Under the pieces are notes generated by a model that was given only the letters and a program-made list of their open reading frames with translations, had not been told where the DNA came from and did not search any database. From the NCBI GenBank assembly GCA_964524715.1, contig CAZGGF010000362.1, positions 9,968-73,967 of the forward strand: 64,000 nt of DNA. Reading direction: 5' to 3'. The first letter of the stretch is position 1; each line of letters starts with the position of its first letter. A program made the translations under genes and the position numbers. This document shows positions 16,847-25,579 of the stretch, one piece after another. This DNA comes from an uncultured Verrucomicrobiota bacterium. GTDB lineage: Bacteria > Verrucomicrobiota > Verrucomicrobiia > CAIQCK01.

Positions 16847-17935
16847 ATGAGTTCCATCGTTCACGTCGCGCTAGGAGAGCGCAGCTATGACATCCTGATC
16901 CGCGAGGGCTTGCTGGGTCAGATGCCGGAGTTGCTGCAACCACTCAAACTTGGCCGTCGTTGTGCCATTCTCACCGATACAAACGTCAGCCCGCGGTATG
17001 CCACCCCCCTTCGCGAGGCGCTCGTCGCAAGGGGATGGAGTGTCAGCGTCCACACGGTGCCGGCTGGAGAGAGTTCCAAGTCGCTCAAAATTGCCGGAAA
17101 ACTCTACGAAGAACTTGTCGAAGCGCGGTTGAACCGCAGTTCGTTTGTGCTGGCGCTCGGCGGCGGTGTTGTGGGCGATCTGGCTGGCTTTATCGCGGCA
17201 ACGTACCTGCGCGGCGTGGATTTCGTGCAAGTGCCGACGACGCTGCTGGCCATGGTGGACAGTTCCGTGGGCGGCAAGGTTGCGATCAACCTGCCGCAGG
17301 GCAAGAACCTTGTCGGCGCCTTCTACCAGCCGCGAATCGTCGTGGCTGACAGTGCCACGCTGGCGTCCCTGCCAGAGCGCGAGTTCCGCGCCGGTGTCGC
17401 CGAGGTCATCAAATACGGCGTCATTTACGACGCGTCTTTTTTCACCGCGCTGGAACAAGAACTGCCCGCCCTCATGGCGAAGGATGCCGGTGTGCTATCA
17501 CGCGCAATCGCCCGTTGCTGCGAGATCAAGGCCGATGTGGTTTCCAAAGACGAGCGCGAGAGCGGACTGCGCGAAATTCTCAACTTCGGCCACACCGTTG
17601 GCCACGCCATCGAAGCCGTGACCGAATACGGCTGCTATCTGCATGGTGAGGCCATCGCCATCGGCATGGTCGCAGCAGCGCGGCTGTCACAGAAACATGG
17701 CGGTCTTGCAGAAGCGGACGCGAACCGTATCGAGGCATTGTTGCGCCGCGCTGGTTTCGACCTCCAGCCGCCCGACGCGCCGTTGGATCAACTGCTGGCT
17801 GCAATGCGCTCGGACAAAAAAGCGCGTGACGGAGGGTTGCGCTTCGTGCTCGCCCGCCGTATCGGCGAGGTTTTCTCCAGTGCCGTCGTCAGCGAATCGG
17901 ATATCAAGGAGGTTCTCCATGTCAGCCGTCGGTGA
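16847..17935 (+). CDS. aroB: 3-dehydroquinate synthase
   Basis: LGGGVVGDLAGFIAATYLRGVDFVQVPTTLLAMVDSSVGGKVAINLPQGKNLVGAFYQP and NFGHTVGHAIE are canonical AroB blocks. Confidence 0.9.
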   Translation: MSSIVHVALGERSYDILIREGLLGQMPELLQPLKLGRRCAILTDTNVSPRYATPLREALVARGWSVSVHTVPAGESSKSLKIAGKLYEELVEARLNRSSFVLALGGGVVGDLAGFIAATYLRGVDFVQVPTTLLAMVDSSVGGKVAINLPQGKNLVGAFYQPRIVVADSATLASLPEREFRAGVAEVIKYGVIYDASFFTALEQELPALMAKDAGVLSRAIARCCEIKADVVSKDERESGLREILNFGHTVGHAIEAVTEYGCYLHGEAIAIGMVAAARLSQKHGGLAEADANRIEALLRRAGFDLQPPDAPLDQLLAAMRSDKKARDGGLRFVLARRIGEVFSSAVVSESDIKEVLHVSRR

Positions 17936-18539
17936 GTCCATCGTCCGCGAGTTCTTCGAGTTAAACGGTTTCCTGGTGTGCCAGCACCGCAAATACGCAG
18001 TCATGGCGCGGGAGAAAACCGCCGACGAAGAGATTGATTTTCTCGTCCACAATCCTCACGCCGACCTCAGCGCCGGCCCGCCGAATTTCATCCTCGGCCC
18101 TGACGACATGAAGCGCGTCGCACGCGCCATCGTGGTGGTCAAGCCCTGGCACACTGAGCGGTTCGGCCCGTCGGTTGTATCGAAGAAACAGCTGTTGAAG
18201 TTCGTCGAGAAACGTTCGCTCGATGCCGCCGACCGCCGGCTGGGCCATGACGGGCCGTTGTTGAAACTACTGGTGCTGCCGGAACTGCCGGCGAGCGAAT
18301 CGCTCAAGGCCAAGACCATCGAATTGCTCCGCGCTGCCGGAGTGGATGCTGTCATCATTTTCCGCACGATGCTGCTGGAGCTTATCGGTTCGGTGGAAGT
18401 CAATCGCAACTACGCCAAGAGCGACCTGCTGCAAATCATCCGGCTGCTCAAACTCTATCATTTGCTGAAAGGGCCGCAGCTTGAGTTGTTCGGGAAGCGA
18501 ATCGGGACGAAGACAAAAGAAAAACCGGCTGACGCCTGA
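17919..18539 (+). CDS. hypothetical protein (about 206 aa), start overlapping the aroB stop
   Basis: ATG 17919 (MSAVGESIVREFFELNGFLV...) lies 17 nt inside aroB. The upstream part of the track ORF (17643-) is out of frame within aroB and is rejected. I recognise no family. It looks loosely nuclease-fold-like (EEIDFLV ... VVVKPW), but that is weak. Confidence 0.5.
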   Translation: MSAVGESIVREFFELNGFLVCQHRKYAVMAREKTADEEIDFLVHNPHADLSAGPPNFILGPDDMKRVARAIVVVKPWHTERFGPSVVSKKQLLKFVEKRSLDAADRRLGHDGPLLKLLVLPELPASESLKAKTIELLRAAGVDAVIIFRTMLLELIGSVEVNRNYAKSDLLQIIRLLKLYHLLKGPQLELFGKRIGTKTKEKPADA

Positions 18540-18648
18540 CCAGCGGGGCCGAAGTGAACATGAAGGGGAGCTTAACGCAGGGATGCGGAGAGCGTAGAGG
18601 CTCGCAATGGCTCTGCGGATCTTTGTGCTTTGTGTCTGACCGCCAGCC

Positions 18649-19755
18649 ATGAACGCCCGCGACGCCTACATCGCGCTGAACATGATTGATCATGTGGGGC
18701 CGGTGCGCGTGAAGCGGCTGCTCGACCGCTTTGTCCAACCGCAGGCCATCTTGGCGGCCAGTGCTAAGGAACTGATGCAAGTCGAGAGCATCGGGCCAGA
18801 GGTGGCGAAAGCCATCACCGGATGGCAATCGCAGGTCAACCTCGACGCCGAGTTGAAACGCATCGCCGACTTCGGCGCCCGCGTATTGACACTTGCCGAC
18901 CCTGACTATCCCGCCAACCTCCGGCAGATTTACGACCCACCACTGGCGCTTTACATGAAGGGCTCGCTGGAGTCGCGAGATAAACACGCCGTCGCCATCG
19001 TCGGCTCAAGACAGACGACCTACTACGGTTTGGAGAGTGCGCGCAAACTCGGCTACCAGCTCGCTTACGCCGGCATGACGGTCGTCAGCGGTATGGCACG
19101 CGGTATCGACACCGCCGCCCACCAGGGCGCACTTGCCGCCAACGGCCGCACACTCGCCGTGCTCGGCACCGGCCTGGATGTCGTTTATCCGCCAGAGAAC
19201 GGTGTGCTCTACGAGAAGATCGCCAGTGGTGGCGGCGCCGTCCTGACGCAGTTTCCGTTCGGTGTGCGGCCGGATGCGCAGCATTTTCCGCTGCGCAATC
19301 GTATCGTCAGCGGTCTCTCGCTTGGAATCGTTGTTGTCGAAGCGGATAACGGCAGCGGCGCGCTCATCACAGCCAACATGGCACTCGACCAAGGCCGCCA
19401 GGTTTTCGCAGTCCCGGGCAGAATTGACTCACCTCAGTCCCGGGGCTGCCACCGCCTCATCAAAGGAGGTGCCAAACTCGTTGAGGATGTTGAAGACGTT
19501 CTTTCCGAGTTCGAGGATTTGTTCCCCAAAACATCCCGTCCGGACACACCGGCGGCAATCGCACCCGCGCTGGAATTTTCCGCCGCGGAGCAGAAAGTAC
19601 TCGATGCGGTGAGCAACGACGAGACCGACCTCGACCAAGTCATCCGGCAAAGCGGGTTGACAAGCGCAGAGGTTTTCGCCACGTTGCTTCGCCTTGAAAT
19701 GAGACGCCAAGTCCGGCAATTGCCGGGCAAGCGTTTCGTTCGCACCCAAGCATGA
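18649..19755 (+). CDS. dprA: DNA-processing protein DprA (Smf)
   Basis: AIVGSRQTTYYGLESARKLGYQLAYAGMTVVSGMARGIDTAAHQGAL and GSGALITANMALDQGRQVFAVPG are typical DprA Rossmann-like blocks. Its stop overlaps the topA start by 4 nt. Confidence 0.9.
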   Translation: MNARDAYIALNMIDHVGPVRVKRLLDRFVQPQAILAASAKELMQVESIGPEVAKAITGWQSQVNLDAELKRIADFGARVLTLADPDYPANLRQIYDPPLALYMKGSLESRDKHAVAIVGSRQTTYYGLESARKLGYQLAYAGMTVVSGMARGIDTAAHQGALAANGRTLAVLGTGLDVVYPPENGVLYEKIASGGGAVLTQFPFGVRPDAQHFPLRNRIVSGLSLGIVVVEADNGSGALITANMALDQGRQVFAVPGRIDSPQSRGCHRLIKGGAKLVEDVEDVLSEFEDLFPKTSRPDTPAAIAPALEFSAAEQKVLDAVSNDETDLDQVIRQSGLTSAEVFATLLRLEMRRQVRQLPGKRFVRTQA

Positions 19756-22700
19756 GCGCAAAACATCTTGTCATCGTTGAGTCGCCGGCCAAGGCGAAGA
19801 CGATCAATAAGTATCTGGGCCACGACTATGTCGTAAAAGCCTCGATGGGCCACGTCCGCGATTTGCCCAGCACCGGTCTGTGCGTGGACATCAAGAACGA
19901 CTTTGAGCCTACATACGAGGTTTCGCCCAAAAAGAAGCAGGTGGTTGCCGAACTGAAGAAGGCGGCCGAACCTGCCGAGACTGTCTTCCTCGCGCCTGAC
20001 CCCGACCGCGAAGGAGAGGCCATCGCGTGGCATCTGCGCGAACTGCTCGCAAAGAACAAGAAAGACCAGAAGCGGTTTTGCCGCGTCGCGTTCAACGAGA
20101 TCACAAAGAACGCCGTCCAGCAGGCGTTTCAAAACCCGGGCGAAATCGAAATGCCACGCGTGGACAGCCAGCAGGCGAGGCGCGTGCTTGACCGCATCGT
20201 CGGTTATCAGATCAGCCCGTTGCTGTGGCGTCGTGTCCGCGGCGCGCGCAGCGCCGGCCGCGTGCAAAGCGTCGCTGTGCGGCTTATCGTCGAGCGCGAG
20301 CGGGAGATCCGCGCGTTCGTGCCGAAGGAATACTGGTCGGTCGAGGCGGAATTGCGCAAACTGGTGGACCCGCGCGCACCATTCCACGCCCGGTTGGTTC
20401 GTATCAATGACGAGAAGCTGATCGACGTCGAGAAAGGTCTGTTCCTGCTCGGCAACCAGGGCGCCGCCGATGCAGCGAAAGCGGAGCTCGAAGGCGCAGC
20501 GTGGCGAGTCGAGAAGGTGGACGAACAATCGCGCAAGCGGAATCCGTTCCCGCCATTCATGACCAGCACGCTTCAGCGCGCCGCCTCCACCAACCTCCGG
20601 CTTGGCACCGACCTGACCATGCGCATTGCCCAGCAACTCTACGAAGGCGTTGAACTGGGCAACGAGGGTTCCGTGGGTCTTATCACCTACATGCGTACCG
20701 ACTCGCTCACCGTCTCGCGAGACGCGCAGGCCGAGGCGCTTGCCTACATTCGCGAGACGTTTGGGGCGGAGTATGCGCCGGAATCGCCAAACTTCTATCG
20801 CTCGCGCGAGACAGCCCAGGGCGCACACGAGGCGATCCGCCCCACGTCGGTTCAGCGCACGCCAGAGAGTGTGGCGCCGTATCTTGACCACCAGCAACTT
20901 GCGCTCTACACCCTGATTTGGAAACGGTTTGTCGCGAGCCAGATGGCACCGGCACAATTACTCGTCAAGAGCGTGGACATCCTCGCACGCAACGAACACG
21001 TGGCCACTCCTCGCAACTTCGGGTTCCGCGCCAGCAGCACGCAAGTGACATTTCCCGGGTTCCTGAAGGTTCACGGCGTCGAGGAAGGTGACGAGGACAA
21101 GACAGCTGAGGAAGCTGGCGAGGCAATCCCGCCGTTGACCGCCGCTGAGATGTTGGAACTGCTTGGCTTGAAGCCCGAACAACATTTCACCGAGCCGCCG
21201 CCGCGCTATTCCGAGGCGACGTTGATCAAGGTGCTGGAAGAACTCGGCATCGGCCGCCCCAGCACTTACGCGCCGACTATTTCAACGATCCAGAAGCGCG
21301 AATACGTCGAGAAAGAGAAGGGTCGTCTCAAGCCAACGTCACTCGGCGAGACAACGACGGACCTGCTCGTAAAATGGTTCCCCGAACTGCTCGATGTGAA
21401 ATTCACCGCGCAGATGGAGGAGCAACTTGATGAAGTGGAGTCGGGCAAGATCGAGTGGCACGAGTTGCTCAAACGCTTCTACAAGGGTTTCAAACCGGCG
21501 CTCGACAAGGCTCATGAGGTCAAGAAACCGGAAAAAACCAACCTCAAGTGCCAGGACTGCGGCGCTCCGATGGTCATCAAGCACGGTCGCAACGGCGAGT
21601 TCCTGACCTGCTCAAAATACCCGAAATGCAAGAACGCCGCCAATTTCATCCGCGACGAAGCCGGCGTTATCCACATCCAGGAACCGGAAAAACTGCACAT
21701 CAAATGCGAGAAGTGCGGCCAGCCGATGACGGTGCGCAACGCCCCGAGCGGCGAGTTCCTCGCCTGCTCCTCCTATCCAGAGTGCAAGAACACCATGAAC
21801 TTCACGCGCGACGCCAATGGCGTCGTCGTGCCGGAGAAGAAAGAGGAGACCGGCGTCAAATGCGAGAAGTGCGGCGAGTCGATGATCATCAAAAGCGGCA
21901 GGAACGGCGAATTCCTCGCCTGCTCGGCGTATCCCAAGTGCAAGACGACGCGGAACTTCACGCGCGATACCACAGGGGCCATCGTGCCAGAGAAGAAGGA
22001 AGAAACCGGCATCAAGTGCGAGAAATGCGGTTCGGAGATGGTCATCAAGTCCAGCCGCCGCGGGCCGTTCCTGGCTTGCTCCGGCTACCCGAAGTGCCGC
22101 AATGCGATGAGCTTCACCCGCGACGAAAGCGGCAAGATTATTCCCAAGCCGCGAGCCGAATCGCTGATCAAGGTGGAGGAGAAATGCGACAAGTGCGGTG
22201 CGCCGATGGCGTTGAAGGGCAGCCGCCGCGGATCGTTCCTTGCCTGCACCGCGTATCCAAAGTGCAAGAGCACCAAACCGTTGTCGGACAAGTTGAAGGA
22301 AGAACTCGCCGCCGCCCGCGCCAAAATAGCCGCCAGCCAACCCCAAGCCGAAGCTGCTGCAGGTGTCGCGCCGAGCGCAAAGCCCAAGGCGATGCTGACT
22401 AAAATCGAGTGCGAGAAATGCGGCAAACCGATGGCCGTCCGGCAGGGGCCGCGCGGACAATTCCTCGGTTGTTCCGGTTATCCGAAATGCCGCAATGCAA
22501 AACCGATGCCACCCGGCCTCGAACTCGTTGGCGAAACGCCCGCAACCGAACCGGCCGCGCACGGGCCGGTGGAAGCGACGGCGGAACAGTTGAAGCAGAA
22601 GAAAGCCAGCGCGACGGCTCCAAGCACCGAGCCCGTCGCCCCAGCCGATTCGCAATCACCGGCGACAACCGATGAGAAATGCGAGAAATGCGGCGCTCCA

Positions 22701-22793
22701 ATGACCATCCGCAGTGGCCGGTTCGGACCGTTCATGGCCTGTTCGGCCTACCCGAAGTGCAAGACCACGAAAAAAATGCCACCGTCGGAGTAG
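19752..22793 (+). CDS. topA: DNA topoisomerase I with seven C-terminal C4 zinc ribbons
   Basis: TOPRIM start LVIVESPAKAKTINKYLG, plus LITYMRTDS (active-site Tyr region) and GIGRPSTYA. Seven CxxC...C..YP.C repeats follow. Confidence 0.95.
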   Translation: MSAKHLVIVESPAKAKTINKYLGHDYVVKASMGHVRDLPSTGLCVDIKNDFEPTYEVSPKKKQVVAELKKAAEPAETVFLAPDPDREGEAIAWHLRELLAKNKKDQKRFCRVAFNEITKNAVQQAFQNPGEIEMPRVDSQQARRVLDRIVGYQISPLLWRRVRGARSAGRVQSVAVRLIVEREREIRAFVPKEYWSVEAELRKLVDPRAPFHARLVRINDEKLIDVEKGLFLLGNQGAADAAKAELEGAAWRVEKVDEQSRKRNPFPPFMTSTLQRAASTNLRLGTDLTMRIAQQLYEGVELGNEGSVGLITYMRTDSLTVSRDAQAEALAYIRETFGAEYAPESPNFYRSRETAQGAHEAIRPTSVQRTPESVAPYLDHQQLALYTLIWKRFVASQMAPAQLLVKSVDILARNEHVATPRNFGFRASSTQVTFPGFLKVHGVEEGDEDKTAEEAGEAIPPLTAAEMLELLGLKPEQHFTEPPPRYSEATLIKVLEELGIGRPSTYAPTISTIQKREYVEKEKGRLKPTSLGETTTDLLVKWFPELLDVKFTAQMEEQLDEVESGKIEWHELLKRFYKGFKPALDKAHEVKKPEKTNLKCQDCGAPMVIKHGRNGEFLTCSKYPKCKNAANFIRDEAGVIHIQEPEKLHIKCEKCGQPMTVRNAPSGEFLACSSYPECKNTMNFTRDANGVVVPEKKEETGVKCEKCGESMIIKSGRNGEFLACSAYPKCKTTRNFTRDTTGAIVPEKKEETGIKCEKCGSEMVIKSSRRGPFLACSGYPKCRNAMSFTRDESGKIIPKPRAESLIKVEEKCDKCGAPMALKGSRRGSFLACTAYPKCKSTKPLSDKLKEELAAARAKIAASQPQAEAAAGVAPSAKPKAMLTKIECEKCGKPMAVRQGPRGQFLGCSGYPKCRNAKPMPPGLELVGETPATEPAAHGPVEATAEQLKQKKASATAPSTEPVAPADSQSPATTDEKCEKCGAPMTIRSGRFGPFMACSAYPKCKTTKKMPPSE
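21541..22790 (+). repeat. tandem coding repeats (7 Topo_Zn_ribbon units) inside topA
   Basis: The consensus KCEKCG-PM-IK-GR-G-FLACS-YPKCK is seen seven times. Units 1-4 are spaced about 50 aa apart and units 5-7 are separated by Ala/Pro/Glu-rich linkers. Confidence 0.85.
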
Positions 22794-23836
22794 CTGCCTG
22801 GCCCGACGAACTGGTTCGCGATTTCCTGCAATACCTGCAGGCTGAGCGCAATGCCTCGGCCCTCACTCTTCGCAACTACGAACAGTGCCTCCGCGAATTT
22901 CGAGTGTGGATGGCAGAAAGCGGCAAGCGGCAGGCGGCAGGCGGCAAGGGAACAGTGGCAGAAGCCAAGAGCGGTTCACTTCCGCAAACCACGGAGGGCT
23001 CGCCCGTTCCTTCCTCTTTGCCTCCCATCAACTGGCGCTCCATCGAGCCATTTCAGTGCCGGCGCTATCTAATGGCGCTGATGCAAGCGGGGCTGAAACG
23101 TGCAACGGTGGCGTTGCGCATCGCGGGTCTGCGGTCGTTCTACCGCTTCCTCATGCGGCGCGGCACCGTGAAGGACAACCCGCTCAGTGGTCTTATCATG
23201 CCAAAGCGCGAGAAGCGCCTCCCACGATTTCTGACACTCCAACAAGTGAACGATCTCCTCAACGCACCGTTGAAGATCGCCGAGTCCGCATCTGACGACA
23301 AGAAGCGTGGTCCCGGTCGTCCGCCGGCGGCGTTCGTGCCGTGGCGGGACAAAGCCATCCTCGAAACACTCTACAGCGGCGGCCTGCGCGTTCATGAGGT
23401 CTGCAACCTGAACCGTGGACACATTGATGCGCTTAGCGAGGTCATCATCGTGCGCGGTAAAGGCGGTAAGGAACGGCTCTGCCCCGTGGGCCGGCCAGCG
23501 CTGGATGCGATTGAGATCTACTGGTCCAAGCTGCCGCCGCAGGCCCCGCATGGGCGCGACACGCCGGCGTTTCTCGACAGCCACTTGCGCCGCCTCCGAC
23601 CACACGAGGTCCAGCGTAAAATGAAGGCCTATCTGAAGATCGCCGGCATCGGTGCAGACCTGACTCCGCACAAGCTGCGGCATAGTTTTGCCACGCATAT
23701 GCTCGATGCCGGCGCGGATCTGCGCAGCGTGCAGGAACTCCTCGGCCACTCCAGCCTCTCCACGACACAGGTCTACACCCACGTGACGTCCGCCCGGCTC
23801 AAGCAGGTTTACGACAAGACGCATCCGAGAGCCTAA
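22757..23836 (+). CDS. xerC: tyrosine recombinase XerC/XerD family
   Basis: N-terminal SAM-like LVRDFLQYLQAERNASALTLRNYEQCL. C-terminal catalytic blocks GGLRVHEVCNL, VRGKGGKER, HKLRHSFATHML, LLGHSSLSTTQVYTHV. The start is uncertain. No ATG follows the topA stop. GTG 22757 gives a 37-nt overlap and ATG 22679 gives 115 nt. Confidence 0.85.
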   Translation: MQDHEKNATVGVAAWPDELVRDFLQYLQAERNASALTLRNYEQCLREFRVWMAESGKRQAAGGKGTVAEAKSGSLPQTTEGSPVPSSLPPINWRSIEPFQCRRYLMALMQAGLKRATVALRIAGLRSFYRFLMRRGTVKDNPLSGLIMPKREKRLPRFLTLQQVNDLLNAPLKIAESASDDKKRGPGRPPAAFVPWRDKAILETLYSGGLRVHEVCNLNRGHIDALSEVIIVRGKGGKERLCPVGRPALDAIEIYWSKLPPQAPHGRDTPAFLDSHLRRLRPHEVQRKMKAYLKIAGIGADLTPHKLRHSFATHMLDAGADLRSVQELLGHSSLSTTQVYTHVTSARLKQVYDKTHPRA

Positions 23837-23937
23837 CGCTCGCTGCTCACAGAAGTCGCATGGAGTCTGGCAGTCTTGGCCGTCTTTCGACGTGTTGAGC
23901 GGACAGCAATTCCGTTCTCAAAAACTTTTGCTGGACG

Positions 23938-24531
23938 GTGGCGGCGCGGGCCGACAACACTCCTGTTATGCAAGTCAATCTCGCTACTCTCATCACTGAC
24001 GCGAGCCGTGTCATCGGCAGCGTGCTCAACCACGAGGCTGCCATCCGCGCCAGCGCTGACGCCATGACTCGCGCACTGCAAGTGGGCGGGAAGATACTCA
24101 CCGCCGGCAACGGTGGTTCTGCTGCCGACGCGATGCACCTCTCCGAGGAACTTGTCGGCCGCTACAAGGGCAACCGTCGCGCGCTGGCCTCCGTCGCCCT
24201 CAACTGCGATGCCACCGCGCTGACGTGCATCGCCAACGATTTCTCCTTCGACGAGATCTACTCCCGCCAAATCGAGGCACTCGGCCGCAAGGGAGACGTG
24301 CTCGTGATCTTCTCCACCAGCGGCAACTCGCCGAACATCCTCAACGCCTTGGAGGCCGCCAAGAAGTGCGGCATGGTCACCGTCGCGATGCTCGGCAAGA
24401 GCGGTGGCAAAGCCATGGGTCGCGCTGACCACGAAATCATCATCGCCAGCCCCGATGGCGCCCGGGTTCAGGAAGCACATACGCTCATCCTGCACCTATG
24501 GCTGGAGTTGATCGAGACAGCGATAAAATAG
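23938..24531 (+). CDS. gmhA: SIS-domain phosphoheptose isomerase (GmhA/DiaA family)
   Basis: KILTAGNGGSAADAMHLSEELVGRY...DVLVIFSTSGNSPNILNALEAAKKCG matches GmhA. The start may be Met 23968. Confidence 0.8.
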   Translation: MAARADNTPVMQVNLATLITDASRVIGSVLNHEAAIRASADAMTRALQVGGKILTAGNGGSAADAMHLSEELVGRYKGNRRALASVALNCDATALTCIANDFSFDEIYSRQIEALGRKGDVLVIFSTSGNSPNILNALEAAKKCGMVTVAMLGKSGGKAMGRADHEIIIASPDGARVQEAHTLILHLWLELIETAIK

Positions 24532-24582
24532 CACGCTCCGCTATCGCTCAGACTGCTTCAATGACACAGCGCCGCGGCGCAA

Positions 24583-25383
24583 TCACAACGACCGCAGCCA
24601 GATGTTGCGGAATCGTACGGGACAGTGATGCCCCGCCAGACGCAGCGGGCCCTTGCTGATCTTCTGTTTGTATTGGGCAACGATGCGGTGGCCGGTCTCG
24701 CCGTGAATCTCTTCGTTCAGTTGGACCAGCACCCCATTGTGGAAGAGTGTCACACGTGCGGCCTGCACGAGCTTGTCGCCGTCAAACTCCGGCGCTGTGA
24801 AGACAATGTCGTAGCTCTGCCACTCGCCCGGCTTGCGGCAGGCATTCACGAGCGGCGGTTTCAGCCCGTAGATGGCGGCGGCCTGGCCATCGGGATAGAG
24901 CTTCTCGTTGTAGGAGTCGAAGATCTGGATCTCGTAGAGGCCCATCAGCATGACGCCGTTGTTGCCGCGGTTATACCACGGGCCTTCGAAGTTGGCCGGG
25001 CACATCCATTCGATGTGAATCTGGCAACTCCCGAATTCCTCTTTCGTCGTGAGGCTGCCTGAAACCGCTTCAATGCAGCCATCCACGACCTTCCAGGTGT
25101 TCGTCTGCCACTGCGCGAGATCCTTGCCGTTGAAGAGCGAGATTGCGTCTGACGGCGGCGGCGCGGGTGCGGGCGCGGGGCCGGGGTCGATTCGCTTCGG
25201 CGCGGGCCGGTCGGGATCGTGCACAAGCCAGCCATACCACGGCAGCTTGGGCGTATCCTTGTAGCCGGAGACGCCGGAGCCATCCTTGGCATGAACCAGT
25301 TCAGCGGCGTGAACGCCGAAGGAAAACGAGAGCAGTATGAACCCCACAAAGAGTGCCCGTATGAAAGAGGAGACGTTTTTCAT
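24583..25383 (-). CDS. secreted DUF1080 (3-keto-disaccharide hydrolase family) protein
   Basis: Signal peptide MKNVSSFIRALFVGFILLSFSFGVHA. LFNGKDLAQWQ...NNGVMLMGLYEIQIFDS...VRFRNIWLRSL are DUF1080 hallmarks. Confidence 0.8.
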   Translation of the reverse strand: MKNVSSFIRALFVGFILLSFSFGVHAAELVHAKDGSGVSGYKDTPKLPWYGWLVHDPDRPAPKRIDPGPAPAPAPPPSDAISLFNGKDLAQWQTNTWKVVDGCIEAVSGSLTTKEEFGSCQIHIEWMCPANFEGPWYNRGNNGVMLMGLYEIQIFDSYNEKLYPDGQAAAIYGLKPPLVNACRKPGEWQSYDIVFTAPEFDGDKLVQAARVTLFHNGVLVQLNEEIHGETGHRIVAQYKQKISKGPLRLAGHHCPVRFRNIWLRSL

Positions 25384-25579
25384 AAGTGGGCACGATATTA
25401 CGGCGGCATCCGCACACGGACAAGAACTGGATTTCGCCGACCCGCGGTTCACTCGCGGATGAACATCGCTATCACCACCCAACTTCACGGCGGAGATTCG
25501 TGTTTACGAACAGCCACAGGAACAGATAAGAGGAAGGCGAAGATTATTCTCGCTGATCCGCGACAACAAAAAGGATGCC

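Noticed and set aside
17643-17918. N-terminal 92 codons of the track ORF 17643-18539
   Set aside because: This part lies inside aroB in another frame and translates to Arg/Ser/Cys-rich sequence. The plausible start is ATG 17919.
19434-20957. 507-aa ORF on the minus strand
   Set aside because: It is antisense to the end of dprA and the catalytic core of topA. It is a shadow ORF.
21541-22790. Periodic DNA repeats that could superficially look like a CRISPR or tandem-repeat array
   Set aside because: The repeats are in-frame zinc-ribbon coding units of topA with variable linkers, not repeat-spacer architecture.
22757-23836. Tyrosine recombinase as a marker of an integrated mobile element or as the recombinase for the 5-8 kb cassette array
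   Set aside because: It sits in the widely conserved dprA-topA-xerC housekeeping arrangement, 15 kb from the cassettes. There are no flanking att-like repeats, tRNA or phage/plasmid genes.
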